64,000 bases of DNA from Candidatus Multivoradales bacterium. Its GTDB lineage: Bacteria > Acidobacteriota > Thermoanaerobaculia > Multivoradales > J023. Location of the stretch: assembly GCA_965248925.1 (NCBI GenBank), contig CBDFLE010000006.1:704001-768000 (forward strand), written 5' to 3'. Below are positions 39,060 through 47,568 of the stretch, piece by piece; position 1 is the stretch's first letter, and each line of letters opens with the position of its first letter. The translations under genes were made by a program, and so were the position numbers. The notes below the pieces were generated by a model. It was not told the origin of the DNA. It worked only from the letters and a program-made list of their open reading frames with translations, and did not search any database.

Positions 39060-39584
39060 TCAAGCACCCGGTGAAAAATCTTGTCCGCTATCTTGGCGGC
39101 GCTGGCGTCCGCCCAACAGACCATGACGCAACCTACCCAAGATGCGATTGAAGACATGGTTGCGAGGCAGAGACGACAAGACCGGCCGGCGACGATCGCC
39201 GAGACGCCGCTTGAGCGCGAGCAGGGCCGAGTCGGTAGAGTCTATCTGCAGGCCTTTCTCCAACGAATCAATGGCCGCTCGGCGATCGGCCAAGGTCAGC
39301 CAGGTGCGGGCCAGATAGTAGTAGTTCTCGGGCTGGTAGAGACCTACCTCAACGGCGTGACGACACAGCCGCAAGCCCTGCTCCTGCTGATTCCGGAAGC
39401 GAGCGAGACCATAGCCGAGCAGCGCGTAGAGCTGACTCGGCAAGCTGCTCTCAGCCGTTGCGTCCTGCATCGCTTGGCTGAGTAGATAAAGACCCTCGTC
39501 CCAGGACCCCAACCGGCACAGCTCGATGCCCCGCCAGGCGATCTCCTGCAGTTCTTCAGACTTGGCCTCGTTGTCTTTGTGCAT
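39060..39584 (-). CDS. TPR-like protein
   Basis: YQPENYYYLARTWL...AIDSLEKGLQID helical repeat pattern. Confidence 0.7.
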   Translation of the reverse strand: MHKDNEAKSEELQEIAWRGIELCRLGSWDEGLYLLSQAMQDATAESSLPSQLYALLGYGLARFRNQQEQGLRLCRHAVEVGLYQPENYYYLARTWLTLADRRAAIDSLEKGLQIDSTDSALLALKRRLGDRRRPVLSSLPRNHVFNRILGRLRHGLLGGRQRRQDSGQDFSPGA

Positions 39585-39712
39585 GGCGTTTGCAACATCA
39601 TAGCCAAAGGGCACGTCAACCGCCAAGTATCAAACCTCTCCGTCGAGTGCGAGCTACTGCCTTCCCCCTGGCCGAAACCCCTCCTCAGCCGTGCTATTAT
39701 AGAAGGTCACCG

Positions 39713-41395
39713 ATGAGCGAAAAACAGCCCACAGAGAACCTCACCGACTCGCTGAAGCTACTCGAAAGGGTTCGCCGCGACGCCATCGACGCCGCTCAGC
39801 TGACCGGATTGGCAGCCCTGCACCTGCGGCGCGATCAGTTCGCTCGCGCCATAGAGTGCTTGCGGCTGGCGCGCGACAAGTGCGAAGTCGATCCCCGGAC
39901 CCACCAATTGCGCGCCCGCCTGCTGATGCAGCGCAAGCGTTTCGCCGCCGCCACCAAGGCGCTGCGCGCGGCGCGACGCTATGATCCCTTCGATGCCCAA
40001 AGCGCCGAACTAGCCAGCCGAGCGGAATTCGAGACTCGCAACTACCGGCAAGCCCTGGCAGCGGCGATCGACGCCTTCTTGCTGCTCGACAGCCAAGGCC
40101 GTTCGCAGTCCACCGCTTTGCGTCAGCGGATTACTGAGTTACGCCAGGTCTTGGAACTCTCGCGGGACCAAATGGCGGCTGCTTTTCAACAACAACGCGA
40201 GACGTTGGAGACCCACTGCCAGCGCCTCGACCCGAGTCGCCTGGCACCTCGCATCACAGCACCTCCCACTACAGGCATCACAACACCCCGCAATACAGCA
40301 CCCCAGCCCCCAACACCACGGCTCGCCGCCCAAGCGGAGCCGAGCCGCTCCAGAGCGCTCCCGGCTGGTCGTCTCGAATTAGCCCGGCGGCTGCGCCGGA
40401 TCACTCTATTTGCCGATCTCACCGACGAGCAAGTTTTCGCCCTCTCCGCGGTTGCCAGCGCCGAACTGCATCGTGAAGGCTCACAGATCTTCACCTACCG
40501 CAGCCCAGGTACCGACATCTACCTGCTGGAATCCGGTACGGTGGCGGTGCTCCGCCCGACCAGCTACGGCCGCTTCGAACTCGGACAGTTGGGTGAGAAC
40601 GACGTGCTCGGTGAAGTTAATTTCATCAGCCGCAGCGAACGCTCCGCCGACGCCCTGGCTCGCACCACTACCCACTTGCTGCGTCTCGATTCCACCGCTC
40701 TGCGGCGGCTGATCGATAGCGAACCGCGGCTCGGACTCAATGTCTACTTGAGTTTCTGGCGCAACCTGGCGAGCAAGCTACGGCAAACCAACGAGCAACT
40801 ACGCACCTTCTTCTCCGCCGACGATTCCGACGAGGGCCTACTGCGACTGGGTCGCGCCGTCGACCGCCCGGCGGCGGTGGAGATCGCCGCCAGCGACAAA
40901 GTGGAGCTATTCCTGGAGCAAGGACTGAGCGGCGAGGAACTCACCATCCTGGCAGAGATGTCGGCCGTCCAGCGCTTCGCCAGCGGCGTCCACCTATTTC
41001 GCGAGGGAGAGAGCGGTGGCGAGATGTACATCGTGCTCGAAGGCCAGGTGGCAATCAGCAAGTACATACCTGGTGGTGGCGAAGAGGCCTTGGCTGTGCT
41101 TCACCGCGGAGACTTCTTTGGCGAGATGTCGTTGATAGACGGCGAACCGCGCTCGGCCGACGCCCGCGCCGTCGATGGACCGGTCACGGTCATTACCTTC
41201 GACCAAAACTCCCTGTCGCGCGTGCTCGCGATGGAGGCCGGGGCAGCGATGTCATTCGTCCGCTTGCTGTGCAATCTAATCTCTAGCCGCTTGCGCGAGA
41301 TCGACGAAAAAGTCACTGCCTGGAGGATCATGACCGGCGACCGATCGGCGGCCGAAGATCCCGCCAGCGAGCCTCATAACCGGCGCCTGGCATGA
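39713..41395 (+). CDS. TPR plus tandem cyclic nucleotide-binding domain protein
   Basis: Two cNMP domains (LGEVNF..RSADA; FFGEMSL..RSADA) after TPR helices and a Pro/Thr linker. Confidence 0.85.
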   Translation: MSEKQPTENLTDSLKLLERVRRDAIDAAQLTGLAALHLRRDQFARAIECLRLARDKCEVDPRTHQLRARLLMQRKRFAAATKALRAARRYDPFDAQSAELASRAEFETRNYRQALAAAIDAFLLLDSQGRSQSTALRQRITELRQVLELSRDQMAAAFQQQRETLETHCQRLDPSRLAPRITAPPTTGITTPRNTAPQPPTPRLAAQAEPSRSRALPAGRLELARRLRRITLFADLTDEQVFALSAVASAELHREGSQIFTYRSPGTDIYLLESGTVAVLRPTSYGRFELGQLGENDVLGEVNFISRSERSADALARTTTHLLRLDSTALRRLIDSEPRLGLNVYLSFWRNLASKLRQTNEQLRTFFSADDSDEGLLRLGRAVDRPAAVEIAASDKVELFLEQGLSGEELTILAEMSAVQRFASGVHLFREGESGGEMYIVLEGQVAISKYIPGGGEEALAVLHRGDFFGEMSLIDGEPRSADARAVDGPVTVITFDQNSLSRVLAMEAGAAMSFVRLLCNLISSRLREIDEKVTAWRIMTGDRSAAEDPASEPHNRRLA

Positions 41396-41668
41396 GCGGA
41401 GTAAATTGCGGCCAACCCCCGTGATCTGTGCTATGTTGCCGCCTCGATGGCGGCGGACTACCGATCGTTCTCCCTCATCTTGTTCCCTGACTCGCTTGCC
41501 GCCCGCTAGATCTAGATCCTATTTAGACTCTGGCCGGTTCTCGGCCCTGATCGGACTGATTTCATAGTTGACTCGTCACTGCCGGTTCCACGGCAATTGA
41601 GACGACCGCAAAGCGGCCCCACCGCAGCTCTGCGGCAACGCTACAAAACTCACTCAGGAGAGTTGCAG

Positions 41669-41965
41669 ATGTTGAAGAAAAGCTACTCCAAGACCGGCAA
41701 ATCCTGCCGCGTGACCTTCAAGACCGAGATCCTCGCCGACACCGAGCAGGTTGCTGTGCTCGGCGACTTCAATGCTTGGGATCCCAAGATTCACTGCCTC
41801 AAGCAGCGCCGGAACGGCAGCTTCAGCTTGACCGTTTCCCTCGACGCTGGCCAGGACTACCGTTTCCGCTACTTGGCGGACGGCAGCACCTGGAGCAACG
41901 ATGTCGAAGCCGACCAGCTGGTGCCCAATCAGTTCGGCTCCAGTGATTCGTTGATCACCGTCTGA
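41669..41965 (+). CDS. Isoamylase early-set / CBM48-like glycogen-binding protein
   Basis: CRVTF, VAVLGDFNAW, YRFRYLADG..WSND, PNQFGS; AGGAG RBS upstream. Confidence 0.88.
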   Translation: MLKKSYSKTGKSCRVTFKTEILADTEQVAVLGDFNAWDPKIHCLKQRRNGSFSLTVSLDAGQDYRFRYLADGSTWSNDVEADQLVPNQFGSSDSLITV

Positions 41966-41983
41966 GCGAGTCCCCTCGCTGAG

Positions 41984-42024
41984 CAGGCGCCGGAGCAAGA
42001 GGCCCGGCGCCTGGTTTTCCTTTC
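41984..42024 (+). terminator. Probable intrinsic terminator
   Basis: 10-bp stem CAGGCGCCGG/CCGGCGCCTG followed by GTTTTCCTTT. Confidence 0.55.
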
Positions 42025-42047
42025 CTGCTTGCCGCCGGAGATCGCCG

Positions 42048-43166
42048 ATGGCAGATTCCCGCTACGAAGCCCTAGCCGAAGTCTTGATTGGCCACTCCTG
42101 CCGCCTCGCCCCTGGCGAGAAGATTCTGATCGAAGCCTGGGACACCCCCCAAGCCTTCGTTCATGCCCTGATCCGGGTCGCTGCCCGGCACGGTGGCATT
42201 CCGCTGGTGACGCAGAAGAGCCACGCTACTTTTCGCCAGCTGATGCTGCACACCTCGCCCGAGCAGATGCAGCTGATTGGCGAGACCGAGGCTTTCCGTA
42301 TGTCGCGGGTCGATGCCTACGTCGGCATTCGCGGCAACCCCAACATCAGCGAATGGGGCGACGTGCCGGACGGGAAGATGGCTCTTTACCGTTCGCTATA
42401 TTGGAAGCCAACCCACCTGGACCTGCGGGTCAAGCACACCAAGTGGGTCGTTCTGCGTTGGCCGAGCGCCTCGATGGCGCAACAGGCGCGGCTGTCGACC
42501 AGCGCTTTCGAAGACTTTTTCTTCGACGTCTGCACCATGAACTACGCCAAGATGTCTCGCGCCCTCGGTCCGCTGCGCGAACTGATGGAAGCCACCGACA
42601 AAGTGCGCCTGGTAGCGCCAGAAACCGACCTGCGCTTCTCGATCAGGGGCATTCCGGCGATCGGCTGCGACGGCCAAAACAACATCCCCGACGGTGAGTG
42701 CTTCACCGCGCCGGTGCGCGACTCGGTCGAAGGGCACATATATTTCGACGCTCCGACGATTTACAACGGGGTCAGTCACGAAGATGTGCGCCTGCGCTTC
42801 GAGCAAGGCAAAGTCGTCGACGCCACTAGCTCCAACAGCCGCCATCTCAACGCCACCCTCGACAGCGACGAGGGTGCACGCTATGTCGGAGAGTTCGCCA
42901 TCGGCTTTAACCCCTTGATCACGCAACCGATGAAAGACATCCTCTTCGACGAGAAGATCGCCGGCTCGATCCACTTCACCCCCGGCGCCGCCTACGAAGA
43001 AGCTTGGAACGGCAATCGCAGCGAGATCCACTGGGACTTGGTGCGGCGGATGAACCCCGAATCCGGCGGCGGCGAGATCTGGTTCGACGACCGCCTGATC
43101 CGCAAAGATGGCCTCTTCGTCCTGCCCGAACTCGAGCCTCTCAATCCGGAGAACCTGCTGGCCTGA
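42048..43166 (+). CDS. M29-family aminopeptidase
   Basis: NIPDGECFTAP, ARYVGEFAIG, ILFDEKIAGSIHFTPG, NRSEIHWD. Confidence 0.9.
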   Translation: MADSRYEALAEVLIGHSCRLAPGEKILIEAWDTPQAFVHALIRVAARHGGIPLVTQKSHATFRQLMLHTSPEQMQLIGETEAFRMSRVDAYVGIRGNPNISEWGDVPDGKMALYRSLYWKPTHLDLRVKHTKWVVLRWPSASMAQQARLSTSAFEDFFFDVCTMNYAKMSRALGPLRELMEATDKVRLVAPETDLRFSIRGIPAIGCDGQNNIPDGECFTAPVRDSVEGHIYFDAPTIYNGVSHEDVRLRFEQGKVVDATSSNSRHLNATLDSDEGARYVGEFAIGFNPLITQPMKDILFDEKIAGSIHFTPGAAYEEAWNGNRSEIHWDLVRRMNPESGGGEIWFDDRLIRKDGLFVLPELEPLNPENLLA

Positions 43167-43191
43167 GCAGTGGCCTCGATTTGCCTCACCA

Positions 43192-43743
43192 CTAGCCGAC
43201 CAATGCAGCGTAGCCGACCAATGCAGCGACGACCTGCTCGACTGCGCCTTCGGCCAGGGCACGGATCTCGTCGTCGCTGCGGTCTTGGATCGGATGCGGT
43301 ACAAAAACCGCCGCCATCTCGGCGCCCAAAGCGTCAGCCTGGGCCTGGCCAGCGGTGACGAACTCCTCCGTTGCGATGTAGACCGCCGGCAACCCGCGCC
43401 GGGCGAAATCGGTGATGTCGTGCACACTGCACGACGTACACGACCCTCAGTCAGCCAGGGCCTCGATCACCGCATCGCAGCGGGTGGCGATCTGGCGCCG
43501 CAGGTCGAGCGGCGCTGGACGGGCGAAGGTCGGTTTACGAAAATGTTCGACCTGCGCGCCGCGGGCCTCCAGGCAGTGTGCCAAGCGGGCCAGAAACACG
43601 TCACCTCGGGCCTTGGAGATATCGAGCAAGGCCAAGGTCTTGCCCCCCAGGCTATCGAGCCTCGATGCTGGCCGATGAGTAGCCGCAATACGCTCGTCGG
43701 TAGGGTCGAGCACGACCCTCGGTAGATTTGCTGATCGGCTCAT
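43192..43743 (-). CDS. UGSC-family selenoprotein, 183 aa, Sec at codon 99 (UGA at 43447-43449)
   Basis: The two track ORFs are in the same frame across one TGA, reading EALAD-U-GSCTSCSVHD; hairpin directly 3' of the UGA. Confidence 0.88.
43417..43435 (-). promoter_or_regulatory. Putative bacterial SECIS hairpin
   Basis: GUCGUGCA-GUG-UGCACGAC perfect 8-bp stem starting 11 nt after the UGA; apical loop begins GU, 19 nt from the UGA. Confidence 0.75.
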
Positions 43744-43762
43744 CGCGTCTCCTCCTAATCGC

Positions 43763-45199
43763 TCAACCACGCACTTCGACAGTTGCCGGCTCGGTACCAG
43801 CCACGCCGTTCAACCAGCCGCCGATGATCGCCGAGAATAGTCCGGCAGAGCCACCGGCGTGAACGATCATCAGCCCCTCCGGGCGAATCTTCGGCAGCGT
43901 CGCAGCGGCTAGTTCCTCGGCGATACCTTCGGCCATATTTCTGGCGCCACGCACTAGCTGCTCGCCCTGCAACATCAGCCGCGCAACCAGCTCAGAGCGC
44001 AGTCGGGACTTGCTCCAACCAGCCAAGCGAAACACTCGACCGTGTTCGGGAGAGATCACCAACAGAGCATCGAAAACCAGCGGCAATTTGGGGTGGCACA
44101 CCGTCTTCAGGCATTCAGCCAGGCTGGTGGCCAGCGACTCCGCCGACCGCGAGAGCTGGTCGACCACCACCCGCGGTCCTTCGCCGCCGAATAAGGTCAC
44201 GGTCGAACTCGACGGGGCAAAACCGCGCTCGACATGCAGCGGCCGCCACGGCGAGCCCGCTTCGTCCTCGGCAAAACAGAAGCCGAGCTTGCCGGGATGG
44301 CCAAAGCAAGCCCGGTCGATCTCCCCCGGTCGCCCGCCACCGACATTGCGCACCACTAGTTGCAGAGCCCGGCCGATGGTGGCATTGGCTCTCACCCCTT
44401 GGCCCAAGGCATTGACACCGCAATTGATCCCGATGGCGCTAGCCAACGGCCCATTGGCGATCACCATCGGGGCGTGCGACAGAGTGGTGGCGAGCAGCCC
44501 GTGCAAGCCAAATTCGGTCCGGCAAGCAGCCTCGACGGTGGCCAAAACCCAGGGCAGATACTCCGGCCGGCAACCCGCCATGACAGCGTTGATCGCCACC
44601 TTCTCCACCGTACACGGCGCCATGTTGGGAGGCACCTCGGCGATCACTTCAGAGGGTTCACGGGCCGTTCCGGCGAGCATCGCCAGCACCCTCTCCGGAG
44701 TGGGTGGCACCAGCGGAAGACCATCGCTCCAACCACGGTCATAGAGCGCTTCGAAATCGTCCTCATCACGACCGAACTCCACCCGCCGCGACTTCAGCCG
44801 CTCGCCGAAGAGAGCCTCCAGCCGATCCGCCGTGCCTGGTTCGACCGAACGGGAACCACAACCAGGCCGCAGCTCCGGCAGCCCGGCACCCAGATCGAAG
44901 CCCAGCAACTCCCGCCAGCCGCTGCGCGACCAGCCCTCCTGGCGCCGCAACTCAGCGCCGCCCTTTAGCTCCAGCAGAGTCGGGACCACCTGCACACCGA
45001 GCCGATACGAGACTTCGAGAGAGCGGTCGTCACGAGGCTGGATAGCGGCAGGGAAAGCAGGGTCGTCCTGGCTGTAGACCACTACTTCGTGGCCCTGCTG
45101 TCGAGCCTCCACCAGCACTGGGGCGACCAGCTCACAGGTCGGGCAGCCGCGCTTGACCACGGCCACCAAGCCGTCCGTGGGCAGCGGGGGGAGGGGCAT
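43763..45199 (-). CDS. Thioredoxin-like CxxC domain fused to a UGSC-associated domain
   Basis: KRGCPTC and VPTL N-terminal domain; GWSDGLPLVPPT, EKVAINAVMAGC, ANATIGRA. Confidence 0.8.
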   Translation of the reverse strand: MPLPPLPTDGLVAVVKRGCPTCELVAPVLVEARQQGHEVVVYSQDDPAFPAAIQPRDDRSLEVSYRLGVQVVPTLLELKGGAELRRQEGWSRSGWRELLGFDLGAGLPELRPGCGSRSVEPGTADRLEALFGERLKSRRVEFGRDEDDFEALYDRGWSDGLPLVPPTPERVLAMLAGTAREPSEVIAEVPPNMAPCTVEKVAINAVMAGCRPEYLPWVLATVEAACRTEFGLHGLLATTLSHAPMVIANGPLASAIGINCGVNALGQGVRANATIGRALQLVVRNVGGGRPGEIDRACFGHPGKLGFCFAEDEAGSPWRPLHVERGFAPSSSTVTLFGGEGPRVVVDQLSRSAESLATSLAECLKTVCHPKLPLVFDALLVISPEHGRVFRLAGWSKSRLRSELVARLMLQGEQLVRGARNMAEGIAEELAAATLPKIRPEGLMIVHAGGSAGLFSAIIGGWLNGVAGTEPATVEVRG

Positions 45200-45275
45200 T
45201 CCTCGACGCTACCATGGCGACGAGGAATGCCGAGCAACCTCGAGTACGAACCACGATGTGCGGAAGCCAGCTCGG

Positions 45276-47030
45276 CTAGCGGTGGAGCAAACGCAATGCC
45301 GCTAGCGCCATGCCCAATGCCAGCAGCAGCAAACCGCCATAGCCGACCGCTGGAATCTCCAGCGGATCCGTACCGGTGACCGATATCTGCAATGCTTCAG
45401 CCGCGACTTCGATCTCGATCGGCCCGCCCTGCGGGGTCTCGGTCCAGCCCTTGGTCACCGCGATGGCGCGGAGCGCGCGGCGATAGATCAAGCGAGCCTG
45501 GACATCAACCAGGGCGTTCTCGGGCAAACCTACGAGACCGAAATCAACTTCGGTAACATCAGTGGCGCCCGAAGGAATCTGACTATCCGAATAAACCCCT
45601 TCGGCATCGATAAACAACACCGGCCGCACCACTGGTCCGGTGCCGTTGATGCGCCCTTCGAGGATCTTGGCGAAGCCCTTGCCGGGTTCACCCGCGTAGT
45701 CGCCGGCTGCCTGACCGGGAAGGTCGTCGTCTGCCCAGAAGGGAATTGTCGAGCCCGCGGTCTGACTTAACTTGGCACCGTTATAAGTCGCTTCGATAAC
45801 CACAAAGGCATTGCGAATCGAAATCCCGGTGGGAAAGTTGTGGCCGGCGCCCAGGTTGGTAACTTCAGCCAGCACCCGCAGCACGCCATCGACCTGCTCG
45901 GCCGAGGTCGCTAGCAATATGGCATCGGTGAGGCTGGTCGGGGTGGCGCCAATAAAGCGGTGTGAGTGCCGTTGGGAGGCCTCGCGTTCGGGACCGATAA
46001 CGCAATTCATACCCGCTTCCAACTCGGGCATATGACAATTCTGACAGGTACGCATCTCCGGTCCGGGTGCGGCAAACGGCGACGCCAACCACTCGCTGTA
46101 GGTGCTCTGACCGGGAGCGCCCGTGTCCGGGTTGGTGTACTGATGGCACGAAGAGCACATTAGCGACTCTTCGAAAAACGGTGCGTACGAGGCTGTCATA
46201 CCACCGATGAAGACATCATCCATCGGTCCCCAAACGAACTGGTCAGTGGCCCCTTCAGGAAAACGATAGGTCGAGGTACCAAGATGGTGCAGCCCGTTGA
46301 CCGGCCCACTGACATCGGCAATCTGATGGCAGCCGATGCAGGAAACACCGTTCAGCGCCGCCGCGTCGACCACCTCGTCAAGCATTACATTACCGGGATC
46401 GAAAACGTCCGCCAGCGGCGTGTGGCAAGTGGCGCAGAAGCCGGTTTCTCCGGGATCGTGGGTGTCGGTGTAGACGTAGCCGTTACCACCACCCGGCGTA
46501 CCGTTGCCGGAAAACAGGTCGAGCACCCAGGTATCGATACCGGCGAACGAGTGATTGGAAGTTTGCCATTCGGCCACCTGCTGCGGGTGGCAACCACCAC
46601 AGGCGCCGACCGTCAAGGGCACGTAGGCGGCGTTGTCGGTCGCCGGGATCGGGTCTAAGAGAATGACCACGCCGACATCGCCATTGTTGGCATCAACCCC
46701 ACCGGTCTCCCAATTGCTCGCCGAGCCCAGGTCGTAGGCAATCGACGCCGCCACAGTGACCATCGCCGGTGGGTTCACCGGCAAGGCAAAACTACCGTCC
46801 GCCGCACTCAGCACTTCGACTCCGCCAACCACGGTTTGGAGATGGACTCGGGCACCAGCAATCGGCGCGTTGGTGCCGGCCTCGCGTACAAAGCCAGTGA
46901 TGTCGCCCAGCACCACCGTCGGCGCTAGCAGCCCCGTCAGGGCCAGGATTGAAAGAACCAGCGTGCCGCCGCTACTCCGCCACAAGGTGTTCCACTGCTC
47001 ACTGTGCCGCGTTGGGACGAGCTTCACCAC
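45276..47030 (-). CDS. Exported pentaheme c-type cytochrome with an IPTL-CTERM-like C-terminal anchor
   Basis: Five CxxCH motifs (CGGCH, CATCH, CIGCH, CSSCH, CQNCH), GAGHNFPTG, N-terminal carboxypeptidase-regulatory-like domain, tail EIPAVGYGGLLLLALGMALAALRLLHR. Confidence 0.87.
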   Translation of the reverse strand: MVKLVPTRHSEQWNTLWRSSGGTLVLSILALTGLLAPTVVLGDITGFVREAGTNAPIAGARVHLQTVVGGVEVLSAADGSFALPVNPPAMVTVAASIAYDLGSASNWETGGVDANNGDVGVVILLDPIPATDNAAYVPLTVGACGGCHPQQVAEWQTSNHSFAGIDTWVLDLFSGNGTPGGGNGYVYTDTHDPGETGFCATCHTPLADVFDPGNVMLDEVVDAAALNGVSCIGCHQIADVSGPVNGLHHLGTSTYRFPEGATDQFVWGPMDDVFIGGMTASYAPFFEESLMCSSCHQYTNPDTGAPGQSTYSEWLASPFAAPGPEMRTCQNCHMPELEAGMNCVIGPEREASQRHSHRFIGATPTSLTDAILLATSAEQVDGVLRVLAEVTNLGAGHNFPTGISIRNAFVVIEATYNGAKLSQTAGSTIPFWADDDLPGQAAGDYAGEPGKGFAKILEGRINGTGPVVRPVLFIDAEGVYSDSQIPSGATDVTEVDFGLVGLPENALVDVQARLIYRRALRAIAVTKGWTETPQGGPIEIEVAAEALQISVTGTDPLEIPAVGYGGLLLLALGMALAALRLLHR

Positions 47031-47246
47031 ACTTGCTCCTTTGGCCTGGTTCCTCTGAGCTACTACCTAAGCTGAGAAAACAAAAAGAGAACAACAAGGA
47101 CTCTGGTTGGATTGAATGGGACCGACGACAGCAACCCCCCGCGCGCGCAGGCTAGCCACCGCAACGGGGCAGAGGGTAACACAGCCTCGCCATTGTCTGG
47201 CAAGCCGCCAACCCACCGTGGGACGGTCGCGAATGAAAATCCGGGC

Positions 47247-47323
47247 AAAAAAAAGCCTTGGGCTCCTCCAGGCCACAACGGCCGATCGGCGTACCCAAGG
47301 TCACGGGGAAGTTGTTTCTCAAT
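47247..47323 (-). ncRNA. Putative sigma54-driven small RNA or attenuator leader (~77 nt)
   Basis: Begins ~12 nt after a -24/-12 box; CCUUGGG/CCCAAGG stem enclosing small hairpins, followed by U8. Confidence 0.45.
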
Positions 47324-47333
47324 GACCTCTTAA

Positions 47334-47350
47334 AGCACGGCCCGTGCCAA
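47334..47350 (-). promoter_or_regulatory. Sigma54 (-24/-12) promoter
   Basis: TTGGCACGGGCCGTGCT: GG-N10-GC with a consensus TGGCACG. Confidence 0.7.
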
Positions 47351-47568
47351 GCTGCAGGCAGCTAGGAACGGGGGGGGCCAAAAATCTTAGAACTGCGGCA
47401 AACAATCAGCTTGGTTTCGAACAATATTAGTTTGGCCTAGCTCTGGACGGGTCGCCGAGGAGCGACCACTTCGTTGGCAGCCGCAATCCCCAGCCGCCAA
47501 CCGCCAACATCTTTGGCTGCCCGATTCCACCAGCCGTCTGAGCCAGGACCGGGAGGGGTAGATCGCGA

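Noticed and set aside
43193-43228. 18-bp direct duplication (TAGCCGACCAATGCAGCG x2) as an insertion target-site duplication
   Set aside because: The copies are adjacent with no element between them; a simple in-frame slippage adding six residues
43447-43449. Nonsense mutation or pseudogene
   Set aside because: The UGA sits in a UGSC redox motif with a SECIS-like hairpin, which fits Sec recoding better
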